A DNA stretch of 19,038 bases. It comes from Candidatus Thorarchaeota archaeon (GTDB lineage: Archaea; Asgardarchaeota; Thorarchaeia; Thorarchaeales; Thorarchaeaceae). The notes under the pieces were generated by a model. It was not told where the DNA came from. It did not search any database and saw only the letters and a list, made by a program, of their open reading frames with translations. Location: assembly GCA_046758445.1 (NCBI GenBank), contig JBHIAE010000054.1, forward strand, positions 1-19,038, given 5' to 3'. Position numbers and translations under genes: made by a program. Positions 15,189-19,038 of this stretch are shown here, piece by piece. Within the stretch, counting starts at the first letter, position 1. Each line of letters opens with the position of its first letter.

Positions 15189-17818
15189 CTCTCCTTTGGT
15201 CGAATCACGAAATAGTAGTATAGCACAAATGTTACCAAAGCTGCCGCACCAGCTGCCGCCGCAATTAGCAGAAGGTCTGGTGGCGGAGGACCAGTTGTTG
15301 TCGTAGGAGTCGTGGGTGGCGTGATGTTTAACACGCTAACATCTATTGTGACTTGGTCCTGGTTCCCCGCAACATCGAAGACCCTCACGACAAACGTGTA
15401 GTTGGCGTTTGCCACGGTAGTTGTGTCCCAGGTGTATATGTAGGAGTTGTCTACACTGGGGCTGCTTGGTGGGCTTATTGTCTGATTTGAAACTAGCACA
15501 CCGTCAAGGTAGAACTCTACACGTGCAATTCCGCTCTCCGAGTCTCCAGCGATGACTGTGACATCCTTCTCACCAACAAAGACTGACCCGTTGACTAGTC
15601 CGGGATGCCATGACACGTGAGGGTCTAGTGCATCAGTAGGGGTGAAACTCAGATATGAGGCATCACTCGGGAATCTCGTTGTCTTGCCAAAGGTGTCATT
15701 TGCTGTCAGGAAGTATTCGACATAGTCTCCATACGACCGGCCAGGGATACTCGCCTGATATGTATCCCCTAGTTGCAGGACCATTGATTCGTTAACCAAC
15801 GCGCCACCATCAACACGATAGTGTAGAATCGCATCATCAATCCCTGCATCTATGACATCAGCTGAAACACTGACATCTTCATTGACCCCCGGCGTTGTAG
15901 GGTTGGCCAAGACATTCTGAATGCCCGGAGCTGGATCATCGTACAAATAGAGGTCATCAAGGAGTAACTCGATCCTCTCTTCTGCACTTCCTACGGAACC
16001 CAGTGCAAGACTGGTAATAGCGGTGTTCGGAAGGCTCCCAAAGACTGCTTCATAATCATGGACAAGGTTTCTATGGACTTCGAACCATGTATTCTTCGTG
16101 TTGTGATTGGGGAGGAAGATATAGCCTTGGGTTGAAAGATTGCTGACACTCATCGATTGGGCGCAGAGATAGTAAAGCCACTTACCGTCTTGGAACCTAA
16201 GAGCAAATCCTGCCCATGTGAACAAGGTCTCCGAATAGTCTTCAAGATTCCATGCGAAATCAAAGTACGTTTCTGTGTTCTGAGTCAGTGGTCGATACGA
16301 GAGGTAATGGTATCGAGTTAGAGCATCTGCATCAACAATCGTGAGGTTAGCCGCTTTGGTTCCTGAGAAGGAATCTGACGTCACACTAAGTTCACCATCA
16401 ACTGAGAAGGTGGAACCACTCGATGGTATCATCGAGCTAGTGAATCCCCGGACCCCATTCCCCGCGGCATCCTGGTCCTCGAAGCCGATGCTTCCAAGGG
16501 CAGCCGAACGGAGTTCAAAGTCGTCGAACAGTATCTCCAGTCTACTCCCTTGAGTATCAGAGTATCCGCGTAATGTTACATCTGTTATGCCGACTTTATT
16601 CGTAGAGAAGTAGGGTCCTGCATCATCTAGGATATTACGATTGATATGCACCCAAGAGCCTGTGATGTTGAAGTTGGATGGAGTAATGTGCAAATCACTG
16701 CTCGTGTTCGTCCCAACCGTTGGACCTCCGTAGCATATGTAATAGAAAACGGTGAATGAGTTGGTACTATTCACACAGTCCAGTCTGATGTACGTCATTG
16801 TGCCAGGTGCGGCCAACGTCCAGTCGCGAATACTATACCAGAGACTGAGCACTCCCAGGTTCTCGCTCGTCAGTCTCACCATGGGCTCATCATAAATCAT
16901 CGCCTCACTTGCGTTACCATCCGAGTTCAGTGTCATGTTAAGGCTCCAGGGATCAGTCTTTGCGGTTGAGCTTTGAGAGAATATCCCCAGACCTTTGTTG
17001 AGTTCCGAACTCCAGGCCCCTCCAGCTTCGAAGCTTCCGTCTCTAGTCGTAGGATCGACGTAGACAGTAGTACTGTTCACCATCCTAACATTGTCCAGAA
17101 AGGCGCGAATGAACTCACCAGTACTGCCCGAAGAGAACACATGGATGTAGAGATGGGTGAGTTGCAGCCCCCCGGGGATTACACCTCCGTATCCGAGTTG
17201 CGTCACGCTGAGGACGTCGTCAGTGATATTCCTATCAAAGACATTCCAGGTCTTCAAGGGCCCGGTCATTTGGAACGATGCGTCCGTTGTAGAGTTCACC
17301 TGGAGCGCAACACCGTTTAGAGTGTAGTACGCTTCCTTGCCATCATTCAGGAACAGCCTCAAATAGAGAGAGTCCCCTCCGGGTCCGGGGTCTGGATTCT
17401 CGTCTGGCCACCAACTTAGAGAGAGACTAAGGTTTCTCATGTCGGCAAATATGTTAGTCAGTCTCCATTGCGTATTCTGCCATACGAAAGTATCGGTGGC
17501 ACGCAATTGAATGCCGATTGACCGCGATCCGTGACTCACTGGCGACATGGCGTACCAGTGGTACCTCTCGTGAGTCTGATAGTTCGTCACAAGTGATGGT
17601 ATTCTGGGATTGGCCCATACATCAAAACCTCCGTCCGGAATGTGGTTGCTAGTCCAGTTGACTCTCTGTAGATCAACCGAAGCTAGGCTGTGTCCCTGAA
17701 CTACTCTGAATTGGGGCTCCGCCACCAAGCTAGATGGTGATTCTACCGCAACGAGTGAAACCGTGGTCACAAGCAGCATAGCTATGAGCATGGTAGTCTG
17801 ACGCCTCATTACTCTCAT
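15182..17818 (-). CDS. Type-I membrane surface glycoprotein: 3 tandem beta-rich (CBM/jelly-roll-like) repeats, 2 Ig-like domains, Pro/Thr linker, TM and short basic tail
   Basis: Start at ATG 17818 (AGGAGGAG at 17827-17834). Signal peptide MRVMRRQTTMLIAMLLVTTVSLVAV. Eighteen N-x-S/T sequons. Big-like domain SGIARVEFYLDG...YTWDTT...FDVAGN, linker TPPTTPTTTTGPPPP, TM helix, then RPKERG. Confidence 0.9.
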   Translation of the reverse strand: MRVMRRQTTMLIAMLLVTTVSLVAVESPSSLVAEPQFRVVQGHSLASVDLQRVNWTSNHIPDGGFDVWANPRIPSLVTNYQTHERYHWYAMSPVSHGSRSIGIQLRATDTFVWQNTQWRLTNIFADMRNLSLSLSWWPDENPDPGPGGDSLYLRLFLNDGKEAYYTLNGVALQVNSTTDASFQMTGPLKTWNVFDRNITDDVLSVTQLGYGGVIPGGLQLTHLYIHVFSSGSTGEFIRAFLDNVRMVNSTTVYVDPTTRDGSFEAGGAWSSELNKGLGIFSQSSTAKTDPWSLNMTLNSDGNASEAMIYDEPMVRLTSENLGVLSLWYSIRDWTLAAPGTMTYIRLDCVNSTNSFTVFYYICYGGPTVGTNTSSDLHITPSNFNITGSWVHINRNILDDAGPYFSTNKVGITDVTLRGYSDTQGSRLEILFDDFELRSAALGSIGFEDQDAAGNGVRGFTSSMIPSSGSTFSVDGELSVTSDSFSGTKAANLTIVDADALTRYHYLSYRPLTQNTETYFDFAWNLEDYSETLFTWAGFALRFQDGKWLYYLCAQSMSVSNLSTQGYIFLPNHNTKNTWFEVHRNLVHDYEAVFGSLPNTAITSLALGSVGSAEERIELLLDDLYLYDDPAPGIQNVLANPTTPGVNEDVSVSADVIDAGIDDAILHYRVDGGALVNESMVLQLGDTYQASIPGRSYGDYVEYFLTANDTFGKTTRFPSDASYLSFTPTDALDPHVSWHPGLVNGSVFVGEKDVTVIAGDSESGIARVEFYLDGVLVSNQTISPPSSPSVDNSYIYTWDTTTVANANYTFVVRVFDVAGNQDQVTIDVSVLNITPPTTPTTTTGPPPPDLLLIAAAAGAAALVTFVLYYYFVIRPKERG
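15941..17647 (-). repeat. Three diverged ~185-aa protein-domain repeats (approx. 17647-17078, 17044-16508, 16495-15941)
   Basis: Shared motifs in order: DGGFD/DGSFE/SIGFE; YYTL/YYIC/YYLC; TWNVFDRNITDD/SWVHINRNILDD/TWFEVHRNLVHD; AFLDNVRM/ILFDDFEL/LLLDDLYL. Confidence 0.85.
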
Positions 17819-18130
17819 TTGAGGTTCTCCTCCTAACAAGCGCCGTATCCATTCCGTCATCCAAACTAGGGTTTAACATTTGTGGGGAATCATTGCGCAG
17901 GCCTACCTGAGAAATGGTGGGTTGTGAAAGAATCCTGAAGAGGCCGTGCCGCACAAAGAGGTGAAGTGAGCCACTCAGACTGCTGACGTGAGCGGACGAC
18001 AACTTCCTTGTGATTCCCAAGGCACATTCATCATCCAAAGATACATCTTTCCCCTGTTTCAGTCCATCAGCATCATGCAAATAAGGACAGAACGCATTAG
18101 CCAAAGTCTGTGAGGTAGAGGAAGTTGGGT

Positions 18131-19038
18131 ATGTCCCCACAGGAAGATGTAGCTCCAGTCATCCGATTGCGCGTGACAATCAATAAACCGCTCGACGAAG
18201 TGTGGGAGAAGTTCCTCGATCCTCTGATCATGATTCAGTGGCTTGGGAATGAGATCAGTGCTGACATCAGAACCGGGGGCTCTATCACTTTCTTGGGCAG
18301 CAATGCTCCCACAACTGCGGAGATTGGAAATAGGTGGGACATCAAGGAGCTCACTGACAAGAAGGGTATCCTCTTTGGATGGAACATCCTAGGTGCAGAC
18401 ACACTCTTTGTGTTGAGGTTCCGCCCGAGCAATGGTGCGACTTACTTGGAACTCAAACATGGCGCTATAGCTGATTCCGCAATAGACTTCCATCTACCCG
18501 AACATTGGATTGTGCTGCTCGGCAATTTCAAGTCAGTTGTGGAGCTCGGATACCCTGCTCTCAGATTTGACTACTCAGAGTATCGTCCCTTAAGAATCAC
18601 TAGATACGATCCCAAGGAAGTTAGACTGAGCGTTCATTGCAAGGTACCCCCCTCGTTGCCATTTGATGTCTGGACCAACCCAGAGAAGCTTCGGCGTTTC
18701 ATAAGAGCGGAGCAGCCAAAGATTGACGCGCAATACGCAGGAATCTACACGTGGTGGGCTGAGGGACAAGGACCCGTTGTGTTCACAAAGATGGAACATG
18801 ACAGCGAGATAGAGTTCACCTGGGTCTATGGGACCGAGATGGAGACCCGTGTCAATGTCAGATTCGAGGATGTGGAAGGAAACACTCTAGTCACTCTCCA
18901 TCATCATGGCTTCAGACAACCAGAGCACGTAGTGGGCTATGACATAGGTTGGACCGCTATGCTCTGTGAGCTTAAGCTTCTCTGCGAGCTCGGAGATTCA
19001 GGGATTGAGAGACTCGGTCGTTGGGAAGAATCCATCTA
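18131..19038 (+). CDS. Tandem SRPBCC (START/AHSA1-like) domain protein; stop codon probably cut by the window edge
   Basis: Not in the ORF track. ATG 18131 opens 302 codons ending ...RWEESI followed by 'TA'. Domain 1: KPLDEVWEKFLDP..IQWLG...LELKH...WIVLLGNFKSVVELG. Domain 2: PFDVWTNPEKLRRF...IEFTW...TLVTLHH...GWTAMLCELKLLCELG. Confidence 0.88.
   Translation, partial: MSPQEDVAPVIRLRVTINKPLDEVWEKFLDPLIMIQWLGNEISADIRTGGSITFLGSNAPTTAEIGNRWDIKELTDKKGILFGWNILGADTLFVLRFRPSNGATYLELKHGAIADSAIDFHLPEHWIVLLGNFKSVVELGYPALRFDYSEYRPLRITRYDPKEVRLSVHCKVPPSLPFDVWTNPEKLRRFIRAEQPKIDAQYAGIYTWWAEGQGPVVFTKMEHDSEIEFTWVYGTEMETRVNVRFEDVEGNTLVTLHHHGFRQPEHVVGYDIGWTAMLCELKLLCELGDSGIERLGRWEESI

Noticed and set aside
17730-18140. 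136-aa minus-strand ORF, considered as the 5' part of the fossil kinase
   Set aside because: It overlaps the starts of both flanking genes and has no recognisable kinase, PAS or TM features.
1-19038. tRNA, rRNA, CRISPR arrays, transposases, integrases
   Set aside because: None recognised; intergenic gaps are short (about 310 nt at most) and lack cloverleaf or repeat-spacer patterns by eye.

Overview
Gene-dense archaeal-type window, most likely from an Asgard archaeon (Thorarchaeia-like). This is inferred from a Rab-like GTPase, an HDxxNxNQ-type sensor kinase, BRE/TATA-like promoters and large N-glycosylated type-I surface proteins. It holds 14 CDSs; two of them run off the window edges and are missing from the ORF track. 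In order: surface glycoprotein (>=809 aa, partial), ~10-TM protein with an acidic tail, thioredoxin, Rab-like small GTPase, M48/HtpX-type metalloprotease, DHA2 MFS exporter, Pol-beta-type nucleotidyltransferase-like protein, FdhD, FlaR-like P-loop kinase, EamA transporter, cytoplasmic HtrA, ~16-TM histidine-kinase-like sensor, triple-repeat surface glycoprotein and a tandem SRPBCC protein. The most interesting points are: (1) the M48 protease next to the Rab-like GTPase has a ~150-aa insert with a near-canonical EF-hand and a second degenerate one, making a candidate Ca2+-regulated membrane protease/GTPase module; (2) the sensor has a duplicated 8-TM input and an intact His box but a degenerate ATP-binding domain (pseudokinase); (3) a decayed 3' end of a second histidine kinase lies in the intergenic DNA beside it. 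No rRNA, tRNA, CRISPR array or mobile element was recognised.
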